The notes under the pieces: model-generated
What the model was told of the DNA's origin: nothing
Seen by the model: only the letters and a program-made list of their open reading frames with translations
The model's database searches: none
Shown here: positions 6,921 to 16,376 of the stretch, piece by piece
How the letters are laid out: the number at the start of each line of letters is the position of its first letter
How positions within the stretch are numbered: the stretch's first letter is position 1
IMG/VR virus record: IMGVR_UViG_3300010148_000105
Span: 1-24,902 of that record
Strand: one strand, 5' to 3'
DNA: 24,902 nt
From: a virus
Taxonomy: Duplodnaviria > Caudoviricetes
Made by a program: the position numbers and the translations under genes

Positions 6921-7760
6921 TTACCCTCCGCTTACTTTATACCATACTCCACTTTGATCTGATATCAAAGTGAAATACGCATATTGACTGTCTAGTACGA
7001 TTGAATTAGCACCCTCTATAGTATCCGCCCCATTAGTGGTTACAGTAACATCAAGACTAGCCCCAGATATCTTCTTAAGAGTAACTGAATAACCGTTAGC
7101 TAAGGTTGCCGCATCTGGTAGGTTGACCGATATAGGAGCGGTATTATTTATTAATATGACCTTAAAATGATCTTCTGGGACTAGTGTGTAAGTGTCTGTG
7201 ACCACAGAAGGTACGTGCAAAGGCTTTATGTTGCTGCTTCTAACATAGTATTTGCTCCCATGGTATACTACTTCAACTGAATCATTTTTCTCACGTAGAA
7301 CTAACTGCGACTCCCCATCTATATCACTATGTAATATAGTCAAAGTATTGCCAGAGTTATCTATTTTTTTTATATTTACTTCGTACCCAGAATCAGTGGA
7401 CGCATTTAACGTAGATAGGGTTACCGTTAAAGCTCCGCCGCTACAGTCTACTAAAAAAGTTTGCTTATGTGAGTTTTCCGATAGCACTATATTAGATGAA
7501 GCTTCTATTACGTTATCAGGACTAAAATTATTCAATAACACGCTGCCATAATCAGTAGGAGATATATAGTACTGTAGATTAGTGTTAGAGTTTATCCACG
7601 TCACATATGGCTGCACATATGGGGGGGATGATGTACCACTATTACCCGTTGCCAAAGCATCAAAAGAGTTCTTTATCTTGCTTAACAGCTCAGGTAGTTG
7701 GTCACCCCCAGTGCTAGACCCAGTTAGGTTCATAGAGTTTGCCTGGTAGTTATTTGACAT
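6921..7760 (-). CDS. Tail fibre-associated protein with two tandem beta repeats (T4 gp34-like repeat)
   Basis: FLVDCSGGALTVTL...GYEVNIKKID...IDG and ILINNTAPISVNLP...GYSVTLKKIS...TIEG. N-terminus resembles that of the 5859-6917 protein. Directly follows J. Confidence 0.75.
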   Translation of the reverse strand: MSNNYQANSMNLTGSSTGGDQLPELLSKIKNSFDALATGNSGTSSPPYVQPYVTWINSNTNLQYYISPTDYGSVLLNNFSPDNVIEASSNIVLSENSHKQTFLVDCSGGALTVTLSTLNASTDSGYEVNIKKIDNSGNTLTILHSDIDGESQLVLREKNDSVEVVYHGSKYYVRSSNIKPLHVPSVVTDTYTLVPEDHFKVILINNTAPISVNLPDAATLANGYSVTLKKISGASLDVTVTTNGADTIEGANSIVLDSQYAYFTLISDQSGVWYKVSGG

Positions 7761-7780
7761 ATATTTCTCTCTCCTTAATT

Positions 7781-10700
7781 TTAATAACCTTTTATCATTA
7801 CGTTGATATTAACATTTGGGGCGGGTGCTCCTGTAGTTTGGTTTATTGACTCAAAAGTCGCTTGGGTTAATCCTTTACTTAAAGTTTTCACAGTCACGTT
7901 ATTATTAGGGTCAGTAGGGTTGCCCAATACAACCAAGTCGGTAGTGTGGTAATTCTTGGTATACACATATGTAATTTTCCCTGTACTATCTGTCGTAATA
8001 TTACTACGCTCAATTACATCGGGTATATCATACTCGACCTCAAAACCTTCTATATAGATCCTGTAATTCATAACTTTAGATGTCAGGTATATCCTATACT
8101 GGAAATACCTACCTTGATATTGCCCTGGTATAAATTCAGCAAAAGTTGAATAGTTTACACCATCCTCTGAATACCTCATCTCCACACGCATATCAGCCAC
8201 CCCTTCTTTGCCCGTTGCATACCAACTTTCAGATAGATCTGGGACGTATAAACCCTCAAAATCTGGGGCGTATAAGTCTACTGGGGTGTATGTTTGTATG
8301 GCTTTTGCGTGTATAAATACTGTTTCTACTCCGCCTAAATCTTTTATATCGGTTTCATAGAATCCTGTGTCTCCTATGTTTATATGACCTTCCCATGGTT
8401 CTACATAAGTATCCCACGTCTCTGTTAAAGTATTCCAGGCTCCATAGTTAAATTTACTCAATAACAGTCTAGTGCTGCCTGCGCTTGTAAAGCTAAATAC
8501 TTCACCATTACTAAAATTGAAATCTTGGCCATCAGAGAACTCAAATACCTCTTGCTCTACAGTAAAGTTATCTAACTGCGCGGCGGTACTGTGAGGGAAC
8601 CCTAAATTAGAATAGTTATCGTTTATATAAATATTGGTATCACCAGGGAAGGCGTTATAGGACGCGGCATTGATACTATAAGTCCCTGCTATGGTAACCG
8701 CTTTTATTAAAAATGTCCCTCCAGTGTTCAGCGTGTACGTATACGAGTTAGATAAGGTTTTAAACACAGTTAATGCATTATACCAATGCTCGCCCTGTCT
8801 TATCTCATAATATGCAATAAGTCCGTATTCTTGGAGAGGGACGGTATCCCAACTGAATGTAAGCGTGCTCCCAGACCTATGTATAGTGAATGTTGTAACA
8901 TCGCTAGGGGTTATATCACCTGATTGTATATTACTTGTGGTTTCTGAGAACTTAGAGCTTCTGTTTAATAGGTCTACCGCCCTTACCCTTATATCGTATA
9001 CCCCATCTCCTGCTATAATCTTAACTTGCCTGTCATTAGTACGTTCTATCTGAGTAAACTGCCCACTGTCTATCCTATATTGGTACTCGTAGTGTGTAGC
9101 ACCATTTACTTTGTTCCAACTAAAATTGACATCATTAAGTATATTTTTACCATCTTTAAACAGCGTATGTTGAGCAAGCACTAAGTTTTCAGGGTACCTT
9201 AAAAGAGGTAGAGGTTCCTCGGGTATCACATCAACAGGGTTGCCACTATATAAATTATCAAACTTACTGCTAACATATTTATTCGCGGTTATATCGTACA
9301 TATTTAACCCGTTTTCACGTATGCTCATTATCCTGTACAACTCGCCCTGATAGTTATCGTTCCCATCTTGTGTTATCGCATATATAGTAAAATCCGTAGC
9401 GCTGAAACCCTTGTTGTCCTGTAAAGTTATATTGCTAATTGTGCCTACCGATGAATGATCTATTTTAAGTTCTTCTACTGAACCATTTTGATCTAAAAGC
9501 CTAATGCTATACGCATTTCCTGATAATAGTGTGACCTCCCTATCTAGCTCTATATTTAGGCCATCCATGGATTTTATACGGCCTGCTGATATTGTATTCC
9601 CCATAAAGTTGTCATGGATCTCTATAATATCACCTATAATAACTTTAGCGTGATCTAAGCCTGCGGTATAGGTTACCGTTTCGGCGTTATCTATATCAGT
9701 TAGTAGTACATATTTCCCCATCCTATGCGCTTGAGATCTACTCGTACACCCAAAAGCATTTACCTCTTTTTTTACTTGCCTGCCTGATTGATTTAATAAC
9801 ACATTATTATACACCGTTTCAGTTGTAAGAGCGTAATCATTCAAAGGATCGTTATAGCTAACCACTACTGTATTAGTTTGTTTGTCTAGCTCAGTAGTAG
9901 AATAGTTGAATACCCCATCTATAACGTTGGCATTTGTAACTAATTGAGATGGATCTTCTGGTTTATCCTGTGCTATTTTTATGACACCACCTACATAGAA
10001 TAAAGCCGCTAAGAAATTACCTTGTATCTTCTTAACTATGCTTAAAACCTGCTCTCTTTGGGTTATTAAACAGTTAAAAGTAAACCTAGGTTCTAGCTTA
10101 CCATCTAAACCTACTACCAATTCATCGCAATAAGCCGCCATATCGTATAATTCAAACTTATTAAGCTTGTCTAAGGGTATATAGTCCCCTGCCCCGTACC
10201 TAGTATTAGTTAGTAGATCATATAAGCACCAAACTGGATTATTAGTATAAGCTTTTTTAAATATCCCATTCCAGTGGCCAGTGTAGGTTCTGTTTATAGG
10301 GTCATAGTTTTCGGGTATGTTTATGGTATTGATGCCCTTTAGGTCATATGATCTGTCGGGCAACTGTGTACCAAATTGCGCGGCTTCAAGCATTATCGCG
10401 CAGCCTGCCCTATTAGCATAGTTTATAGTATGATCTAACAGTAACGTATACGCATTTATATACAACTTGTTTTGCAATTTAGGATCTGATGAATCTGGCG
10501 TAGTTCTTTGAATTACTATGGTTCTATCACCCTGAAAATCCGCTAAATTAATTACAAAACCTTTCTCTATTGGACTCGTGGCTATGCCAGATATGCTCTG
10601 TTTAGTTATAAATTTGCCATTGACTGTAATTTGAAACTCTACAGAAGTACCATTAATATTTCCCTTATCATCTGAGCTTGATAAAACAGGCACTTTCATT

Positions 10701-11191
10701 AATAAGTTCACAGATGTTATACTGTCATCAGTTACCGTGAATGTATAGTCCTGATTGGTTTTTATTTCTGCATTTATCGCATAAGTAGCCCCAGATCTCT
10801 GAAACATAGGAGGGAACTGTTGATCCTCAGTCCCGTACATGGGAAAAACCTGCACCCCTTTAAAATTAAGATTGCCATTTTCATCTGCTAGCGGAGTACC
10901 ATTTAAGTATATAGAGTTATACCCATTTACAGCGCCCTCTATTTGCCCCTCGCTCACTATGTCTATAAACTTGGCGTAAGTATCCGTATGCATGACATCG
11001 CCGTTTATGTGCCCGCCAGAATCTCCGCCGCCTTTACCTAGGTTAAATGTACCAGTTAATAGGTTGTTTTGAGGAGGGGTATTATCGTTATCAACATAGT
11101 CTACCTTAACCTTATAGTTAACGTCTCCATAAGTCTGCGAACTTAGCTGGTTATTTTGCGGTATTCTTTCATGTATTTTGTTTTTAGACAT
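7781..11191 (-). CDS. J: Central tail fibre / tail tip attachment (host specificity) protein, lambda J-like
   Basis: GKGGG, DIVSEGQIEG, YDPINRTYTGHWNGIFKKAYTNNPVW..YDLLTNTRYG, EPRFTFN, FGCTSRSQAHRMGKY motifs, followed by Fn3-like domains. Confidence 0.95.
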   Translation of the reverse strand: MSKNKIHERIPQNNQLSSQTYGDVNYKVKVDYVDNDNTPPQNNLLTGTFNLGKGGGDSGGHINGDVMHTDTYAKFIDIVSEGQIEGAVNGYNSIYLNGTPLADENGNLNFKGVQVFPMYGTEDQQFPPMFQRSGATYAINAEIKTNQDYTFTVTDDSITSVNLLMKVPVLSSSDDKGNINGTSVEFQITVNGKFITKQSISGIATSPIEKGFVINLADFQGDRTIVIQRTTPDSSDPKLQNKLYINAYTLLLDHTINYANRAGCAIMLEAAQFGTQLPDRSYDLKGINTINIPENYDPINRTYTGHWNGIFKKAYTNNPVWCLYDLLTNTRYGAGDYIPLDKLNKFELYDMAAYCDELVVGLDGKLEPRFTFNCLITQREQVLSIVKKIQGNFLAALFYVGGVIKIAQDKPEDPSQLVTNANVIDGVFNYSTTELDKQTNTVVVSYNDPLNDYALTTETVYNNVLLNQSGRQVKKEVNAFGCTSRSQAHRMGKYVLLTDIDNAETVTYTAGLDHAKVIIGDIIEIHDNFMGNTISAGRIKSMDGLNIELDREVTLLSGNAYSIRLLDQNGSVEELKIDHSSVGTISNITLQDNKGFSATDFTIYAITQDGNDNYQGELYRIMSIRENGLNMYDITANKYVSSKFDNLYSGNPVDVIPEEPLPLLRYPENLVLAQHTLFKDGKNILNDVNFSWNKVNGATHYEYQYRIDSGQFTQIERTNDRQVKIIAGDGVYDIRVRAVDLLNRSSKFSETTSNIQSGDITPSDVTTFTIHRSGSTLTFSWDTVPLQEYGLIAYYEIRQGEHWYNALTVFKTLSNSYTYTLNTGGTFLIKAVTIAGTYSINAASYNAFPGDTNIYINDNYSNLGFPHSTAAQLDNFTVEQEVFEFSDGQDFNFSNGEVFSFTSAGSTRLLLSKFNYGAWNTLTETWDTYVEPWEGHINIGDTGFYETDIKDLGGVETVFIHAKAIQTYTPVDLYAPDFEGLYVPDLSESWYATGKEGVADMRVEMRYSEDGVNYSTFAEFIPGQYQGRYFQYRIYLTSKVMNYRIYIEGFEVEYDIPDVIERSNITTDSTGKITYVYTKNYHTTDLVVLGNPTDPNNNVTVKTLSKGLTQATFESINQTTGAPAPNVNINVMIKGY

Positions 11192-11199
11192 GCTACCCT

Positions 11200-11766
11200 C
11201 TAAATTTTCTGCCCATCTACGGCTATGAACCCAGAAGCTACTAGTGAGCCTACTTTCATTCTACCATATAATATGGGTACAGCTACCCCTTCTTTACTCA
11301 CATTCCTTGCGCCGTCGAATATATTACTAGTCGCAGCATCGCCGCTTTGATCGTATTCTGGCGGCTTCATAAAGCTGTTTATTACCGCCCCTGCTATAGT
11401 GGACACCCCAGCCATTATGAGTGGGTTACCTACTGTGCCCATTGAAAACGCATCAAAAACTATACCCGCAGCTATTTCTACGCCCCCGATTATAGCTTTT
11501 GTTGTGTTAGAGTTCATCTTATCACCCTCAGTGACAGGTATTATATCTAATACCTTAAAAGGGTAAACGGCATCACATACGTCTTTCCTATCGAGGTTAA
11601 CGCCATCCGCAATAAATCTAAAGTCGTATTGCCTAAGCACCGATTTAAAATCTTTAAAATTTGCTAATAGTGCTTGTACCCCTTCTCTCACAGAATCTAC
11701 TTTGAACTGCAGTTCATCACCAAAACGTTTTGCCAATACACCGTGTAACCTTATAGTAGATAACAT
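11200..11766 (-). CDS. I: Tail assembly protein, lambda I-like
   Basis: IRLHGVLAKRFG...IIPVTEG...hydrophobic Gly-rich segment...FDGARN...GVAVPILYGRMKVGS. Confidence 0.93.
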   Translation of the reverse strand: MLSTIRLHGVLAKRFGDELQFKVDSVREGVQALLANFKDFKSVLRQYDFRFIADGVNLDRKDVCDAVYPFKVLDIIPVTEGDKMNSNTTKAIIGGVEIAAGIVFDAFSMGTVGNPLIMAGVSTIAGAVINSFMKPPEYDQSGDAATSNIFDGARNVSKEGVAVPILYGRMKVGSLVASGFIAVDGQKI

Positions 11767-12539
11767 TAAAACACCACCTTTTCTTGTTTAGGTAAAAGCT
11801 TTATTTCAGGGTTATACCTTAAACCACGCTCTACCCGATTGCCGTATTTACCAAAACTCTCTGTACATGATAGTTTACCTTCTAAATGGTGAAGTATCTT
11901 ATTGTTACCTACGTAAATGCTGCCATGATTTATGCATTTGCTACGACCTAGCTTCATGGATAGTATATCACCTACTTGGAGAGGTTGTCTAATGTCAATC
12001 TCTACTAAGTTTAACCTATCGGGTTCCTTTAAATATAAGCTATCTTTATGCTCTGTATGTTCCCACCAACCATAGTCGCTGTATACATGTTTTAAGTCTA
12101 TGTTAAGCTGAGTGTAGTAGAAGTCACGTATCATAGTGAAACAATCAAACACATTATAATAATAAGGTCTACCAGTTAACTTCTTATATATAACTTCCTT
12201 ACCGTAGAAAACTACATCGGAGCATATGTTATTGTCATTAGGACTTAAAAACACTATGCTACCTATGCATCCCCAAGCTTCACAAGTTTTTATATCCGAT
12301 AAAGTGACCGCAGGGGTTCCACCCTCTACATGGCTATGGAATATAGAGTATATGTCTTTAGAGTATTTGAGCATGGTGGTATCAGCTATTTTAAAATTAG
12401 TTTCTTTATCCACTGCTATATTTTCACAAGGTACAAACTCAAACTCTAAGTCGTTCTTTAAAATCAACCCGCAAGCTTCTTGAGGTGCTAGCTTTTTACA
12501 GTAATCTTGTATCTGCGGCTGTAGCTCTTTTAATCTCAT
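11766..12539 (-). CDS. K: Tail assembly protein, lambda K-like (JAB/MPN plus NlpC/P60 domains)
   Basis: PQEACGL...HSH...SD (JAB) and DCFTMIRDFY...GDI...NHGSIYVG...ILHH (NlpC/P60). Confidence 0.94.
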   Translation of the reverse strand: MRLKELQPQIQDYCKKLAPQEACGLILKNDLEFEFVPCENIAVDKETNFKIADTTMLKYSKDIYSIFHSHVEGGTPAVTLSDIKTCEAWGCIGSIVFLSPNDNNICSDVVFYGKEVIYKKLTGRPYYYNVFDCFTMIRDFYYTQLNIDLKHVYSDYGWWEHTEHKDSLYLKEPDRLNLVEIDIRQPLQVGDILSMKLGRSKCINHGSIYVGNNKILHHLEGKLSCTESFGKYGNRVERGLRYNPEIKLLPKQEKVVF

Positions 12540-12550
12540 AAAAACCTTAT

Positions 12551-13270
12551 CTAAAATTTAGGTATTAAAGGGAAGAAAAGACCTTGAACTGGAGCCTTCT
12601 TATCCACGGCATTGAACCTTATAGCGCAATCAGTGTATCTTTTACCGCATACGTCGTTTTGTTTGCTGCACTTATTCCCCAACTCGTCAAAAGTATGTGT
12701 TTCATCAGTATAAGGACATGACCCCTGGATAAAAGACTGCGTTCCTACATCCCACACGCGGTATGTATGTTCGCATTTTCTTGTAAATTGACCTTTAGGT
12801 ACTAACACATTCTCTAAGTCCAAAGGGTTTTTTAGTTCAAATTTTATTTGTGTTTTGTTATGTACTACCTTTCTATTAATAGTCCATACATCTTTAGCTT
12901 TATAAGCACCTATGCCGCCTTTATCTTTACCGTCTAGGTACTCGTAAAATACCTGATATCTGGTTAACTCAGCACCTAATAAGTTTCCATAGGCTTTTAA
13001 AAGATCGTTAAACCCCGAGTCTACGTTTCCTATGGTTATGGTAGGTCTAGGCATAGCCCCCGTGGAGTTTATTTCAAATCCTTCCGACTCAACTGGTACT
13101 GGAGTGTATTCATTACCATCATACTCTAAATTGGATCTATCCTTATCTAGCCCGTTCGTTATATATAGCTTTTCTTGCGGGTTAGGATAAACTGATACTT
13201 TAGATAAATCTATTATATAAAGTTCTATTAGGGCATCTGTTTGTAATGCCGCGTATTCTTGATCAGCCAT
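12551..13270 (-). CDS. L: Minor tail tip protein, lambda L-like (Fe-S cluster Cys motif)
   Basis: IELY.ID, Y.P.P...EGFE....G..PRPTITIGN, and C-terminal C..C..DVCGKR.TDC..RF. Confidence 0.93.
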   Translation of the reverse strand: MADQEYAALQTDALIELYIIDLSKVSVYPNPQEKLYITNGLDKDRSNLEYDGNEYTPVPVESEGFEINSTGAMPRPTITIGNVDSGFNDLLKAYGNLLGAELTRYQVFYEYLDGKDKGGIGAYKAKDVWTINRKVVHNKTQIKFELKNPLDLENVLVPKGQFTRKCEHTYRVWDVGTQSFIQGSCPYTDETHTFDELGNKCSKQNDVCGKRYTDCAIRFNAVDKKAPVQGLFFPLIPKF

Positions 13271-13272
13271 AG

Positions 13273-13620
13273 TTAGTACCCATACGCTTTATTAAGTTTT
13301 ACGCTTACCTTAGCATAGTTTACCCCTTCCTTTTGACGGGAAATGCCGCCGATATCCATCCTCACAACCTCATTATTCCCCGACAAAGGGTTATCCCAAT
13401 AAAAGGCTTTTACGGGTGTTTGAGTATCTAAAAAAGTTTCTAAAGCTTCATAATCTACATCACTGAGTATTTCCCAAGATAATTCATAACTATCTTTCTT
13501 TGGGTTCGCCCCATCTGCTGAAAACTGTTCGTAGTTATCGCCAAAAGAAGCTTTTAGTATATTCCATGTTGATGTTAGCTTAACATCTGATGGTTTAGGT
13601 ATATCTGGGAACGTGTCCAT
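13273..13620 (-). CDS. M: Distal tail protein, lambda M-like
   Basis: ASFGDNYEQ...DG.N and FL......AFYW..P motifs. Position between tape measure and L. Confidence 0.9.
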   Translation of the reverse strand: MDTFPDIPKPSDVKLTSTWNILKASFGDNYEQFSADGANPKKDSYELSWEILSDVDYEALETFLDTQTPVKAFYWDNPLSGNNEVVRMDIGGISRQKEGVNYAKVSVKLNKAYGY

Positions 13621-13704
13621 TTTGCATAAAAATAAAAGCTTTATATGTACTATTAAGTATACACTATTTATATTTATAAATAAAAAAATTATTTTTTAAC
13701 TATA

Positions 13705-13716
13705 TTTTATACCACG
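13705..13716 (-). promoter_or_regulatory. Possible extended -10 promoter for the M-L-K-I-J module
   Basis: Minus strand CGTGGTATAAAA fits TGnTATAAw, about 85 bp upstream of the M start. Confidence 0.35.
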
Positions 13717-13842
13717 GTAAATACCCTTGTAGCCCTTTATATACCTAGCTTTTTGTTTAAAAATGTAATATAAAACTTAAAAAATATATATTTATATAGG
13801 TTCTTATATATTTAAGCTTAAAAACTCTTATGTCTTTTTAAT

Positions 13843-13878
13843 TATTTTATATATTTTATATATTTTATATATTTTATA
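13843..13878. repeat. 4 perfect tandem copies of the 9-mer TATTTTATA
   Basis: Read directly at 13843, 13852, 13861, 13870. Confidence 0.9.
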
Positions 13879-13940
13879 TGTCTTATGGTTTTGTAAGTCT
13901 AATGTTTAAGCCATTCTTAGGAAAAATGTAGTATATAAAC

Positions 13941-13993
13941 TGCATTAAAACTCAAATAAAATGCATTAAAACTTAAATAAAATACATTAAAAA
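13941..13993. repeat. 2.5 tandem copies of a 21-bp unit TGCATTAAAACTYAAATAAAA
   Basis: 13941-13961, 13962-13982 (1 mismatch), partial copy TACATTAAAA from 13983. Confidence 0.85.
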
Positions 13994-13994
13994 A

Positions 13995-15959
13995 CTATAG
14001 CATCCCGCCTACACGTTTCTGTTTCATTAGTTCTTGTTGTACTTGAGTATTTACCATAGTGGCTATCATTTTGGCCTGCTCCTTTGCTACTTTTTCCCCA
14101 TCTTTAGAACCACTAGCCCCAGTGTGTGTGGTATTGACCGTAGTATTTATATTAACTGTAGAACCTACACTAGGTGTAGACCTAAGACCAGAAGATAACA
14201 TGGGAGGAGGACTAGGGGCTTGTAAATTATTTGAAAAACTAGGAGGCGTGGCTGATTGTAACCCACCTGTAGTACCCCCAGTATTCATTCCTGCTGAGGA
14301 TCCCCCCATATACCAATTGACTCCCATATTAACCATTCCTATAGCGGCCTTCTCAAGACCTATACGTATTAGATCACTTATAATACTATTAGCCATCTCT
14401 TTGAAAGCTTGACTAGCACTCTCAGACCCCGTTGTTATATTAGCTATAGCATCAGCGAAACTACCCGCGAAAGTATCGGTAACGGAGTGTAAAAGTTCAG
14501 AGGTGGATTTAGCCTCGTCTAGGTTTTTAATAGACGCATTTAGGTTATCAATTTGGGATTTAGTAAGCTTATCGGCATTTTGTGCCACCTGAGCATATAA
14601 GGGGTCTATGCTAGTTAAGGATTCCCTTTGTCGCGCTATGGCTAGGCTCAACTGGTCATAAGTCTTACTTGTAACCTCTTGACTAGCTGATAGTCCTTTA
14701 TACGCGTTTTCAGCATCACGTATATTTTTTAAATCTTCATCTTTGAAGTTAATAGTAGGCTGCGTTATATCGGGCATATCACCTTTTATAACAACCTTAG
14801 GGTTTATTACTGAATTTATAGCCTTCTGTGCTATGACCCCTGCAGACCCTAGATCCTTAAAATCAGTAACTAAACCTTCTACTTTACCAGAATAGTCACC
14901 CAGGTTTTTAGTATCGGTCTTCATCTTTGGTAAAAAAGATGTGCCCGTTAGCGTCGAGTTTAACGCAAAAGTTTTTATAGCAAGCATGCCTACGGATTTA
15001 GCCATAGACTCCATATCGCTTACAAAATTATTTTTTACCTCGTCTGCATTAGCTTCAAAAAAGTCAAATTTTAATTTACCTAGTGCTTCTCCTATAGGTG
15101 CTATAGAACTTGCTATACTTTTAAAAACTGATTCCGAGTTTTTTGAAAGTATCTGTATACTATCAGTAAGTATATCTACTCCAGAAGCTACTTTCTCTAA
15201 CTTACTCCCTACATTAGGTATTATGTCTCCAGCTAATCTACTAAAAGCGCTGCTAAGATCCGTTAATCCTTGTTTTGAGGTAACTTCTAAAGTGTTTTGA
15301 GTGGCATCAAGTTGTGAAGATATGGCTTTTAATGCCATAAAAAAGGCTTCACTAGATATCTTACCCTCGTCCATCTGTTGCCTAAATGACTCAGTACCGC
15401 CACTTGCCTGCAAGAAAGCTTGACGTAATAGGTTACCTATAGCAGGGAAATCAGATACGATAGATAAATACTGTCTAGCATACAGCCTACCCTTTTCAAA
15501 AACCTCGCCAAGCTGCTGTATACCGCCTATTTGTTGCTGTCTACTAGCCCCAGACTGCTGTATACCTTCATTTAGAGCTTTAGTAACTTTTAATAGATCT
15601 TCTTGTGAAGCCCCAGCCTCCCCGATAGTAGTTTTCAATACCCTATATAAGTGCGCAGACTCTTTAAGTTGTGTATGTGTTTGCTGTGCTATATCGTATA
15701 TAGCCTGTTGAGTCGTTACAAGTTCTTGACCTGCTAGACCCGCAGATTTAAGATTATTTGTGAAGTCTATCCAAGCATCGTTCGCTTCTATTATCTTATG
15801 GACAGCAAAAGACCCACCCAACACCGATAGGGCTTTACTTAAAAGTAAAGTAGCCGACGAGGCTGATTTTGAACTAGTCTCTATACTTCTTATATCCCGT
15901 GAAGCCCTACTAGCCCCTTCTGTTTGCATTTTAATGAATACATTATATGAAGTAGCCAT
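13995..15959 (-). CDS. H: Tail tape measure protein
   Basis: N-terminal tape-measure domain (DAWIDFTNNLK...IYDIAQQTHTQL..SAHLY...QQLG), helical A/S/K-rich body, lambda-type C-terminus (AFKEMANSIISDL...KRVGGML). Confidence 0.93.
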   Translation of the reverse strand: MATSYNVFIKMQTEGASRASRDIRSIETSSKSASSATLLLSKALSVLGGSFAVHKIIEANDAWIDFTNNLKSAGLAGQELVTTQQAIYDIAQQTHTQLKESAHLYRVLKTTIGEAGASQEDLLKVTKALNEGIQQSGASRQQQIGGIQQLGEVFEKGRLYARQYLSIVSDFPAIGNLLRQAFLQASGGTESFRQQMDEGKISSEAFFMALKAISSQLDATQNTLEVTSKQGLTDLSSAFSRLAGDIIPNVGSKLEKVASGVDILTDSIQILSKNSESVFKSIASSIAPIGEALGKLKFDFFEANADEVKNNFVSDMESMAKSVGMLAIKTFALNSTLTGTSFLPKMKTDTKNLGDYSGKVEGLVTDFKDLGSAGVIAQKAINSVINPKVVIKGDMPDITQPTINFKDEDLKNIRDAENAYKGLSASQEVTSKTYDQLSLAIARQRESLTSIDPLYAQVAQNADKLTKSQIDNLNASIKNLDEAKSTSELLHSVTDTFAGSFADAIANITTGSESASQAFKEMANSIISDLIRIGLEKAAIGMVNMGVNWYMGGSSAGMNTGGTTGGLQSATPPSFSNNLQAPSPPPMLSSGLRSTPSVGSTVNINTTVNTTHTGASGSKDGEKVAKEQAKMIATMVNTQVQQELMKQKRVGGML

Positions 15960-15962
15960 GTT

Positions 15963-16376
15963 TTAATCCTTAAATAAAAACTTGAAAGTAGACGCGCTTA
16001 AAGTTTGTCCGTAAATACCCGCTGGAGTTTGTTGACTGTGACCAAATTCTAACTTTTCAGCATAATCCACATTATTTTGTATATATACTACCGAATCCCT
16101 TGAACTATCATAGCTTTTTGCATCCATTCTAGCGTTATATACAACGGTACTTTTATCATTGATAGGTTGTTCTTGGTCTACAAGACTACCTATACTAACG
16201 GTATGGTTAGATCTATAAAGCCCTGTGTCTACGGGGCTATTATCAAATAGTTTAGAGACTAGTTCTGCCGAAAAAGCTTTTATAGAATTATCAAAACTAG
16301 TCTTAGCTGTTTTAGCAAGTATTTGTAGCTCTTTAGATAGATCATCAAAATCTACATTTATGTTTTTACTTGTCAC
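15963..16376 (-). CDS. HK97 gp10-like tail completion/neck protein
   Basis: SPVDTGLYRSNH...VYIQNNVDYAEKLEFGHSQQTPAG. Start placed at GTG 16376 (AAGGG SD upstream, short overlap with the GT stop) rather than the track's ATG 16412. Confidence 0.85.
   Translation of the reverse strand: MTSKNINVDFDDLSKELQILAKTAKTSFDNSIKAFSAELVSKLFDNSPVDTGLYRSNHTVSIGSLVDQEQPINDKSTVVYNARMDAKSYDSSRDSVVYIQNNVDYAEKLEFGHSQQTPAGIYGQTLSASTFKFLFKD

Larger units (their letters stand above)
13621..13994. other. 374-bp very AT-rich non-coding region with tandem repeats (candidate replication origin or regulatory region)
   Basis: No ORF in the track and long A/T runs. Contains 4x TATTTTATA and 2.5x 21-bp repeats. Interrupts an otherwise tightly packed operon. 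Confidence 0.6.

Noticed and set aside
11766-12539. NlpC/P60 domain as the missing endolysin, or JAB domain as a CBASS/ubiquitin-like defence component
   Set aside because: The JAB plus NlpC/P60 fusion between L and I is the standard lambda K tail assembly protein.
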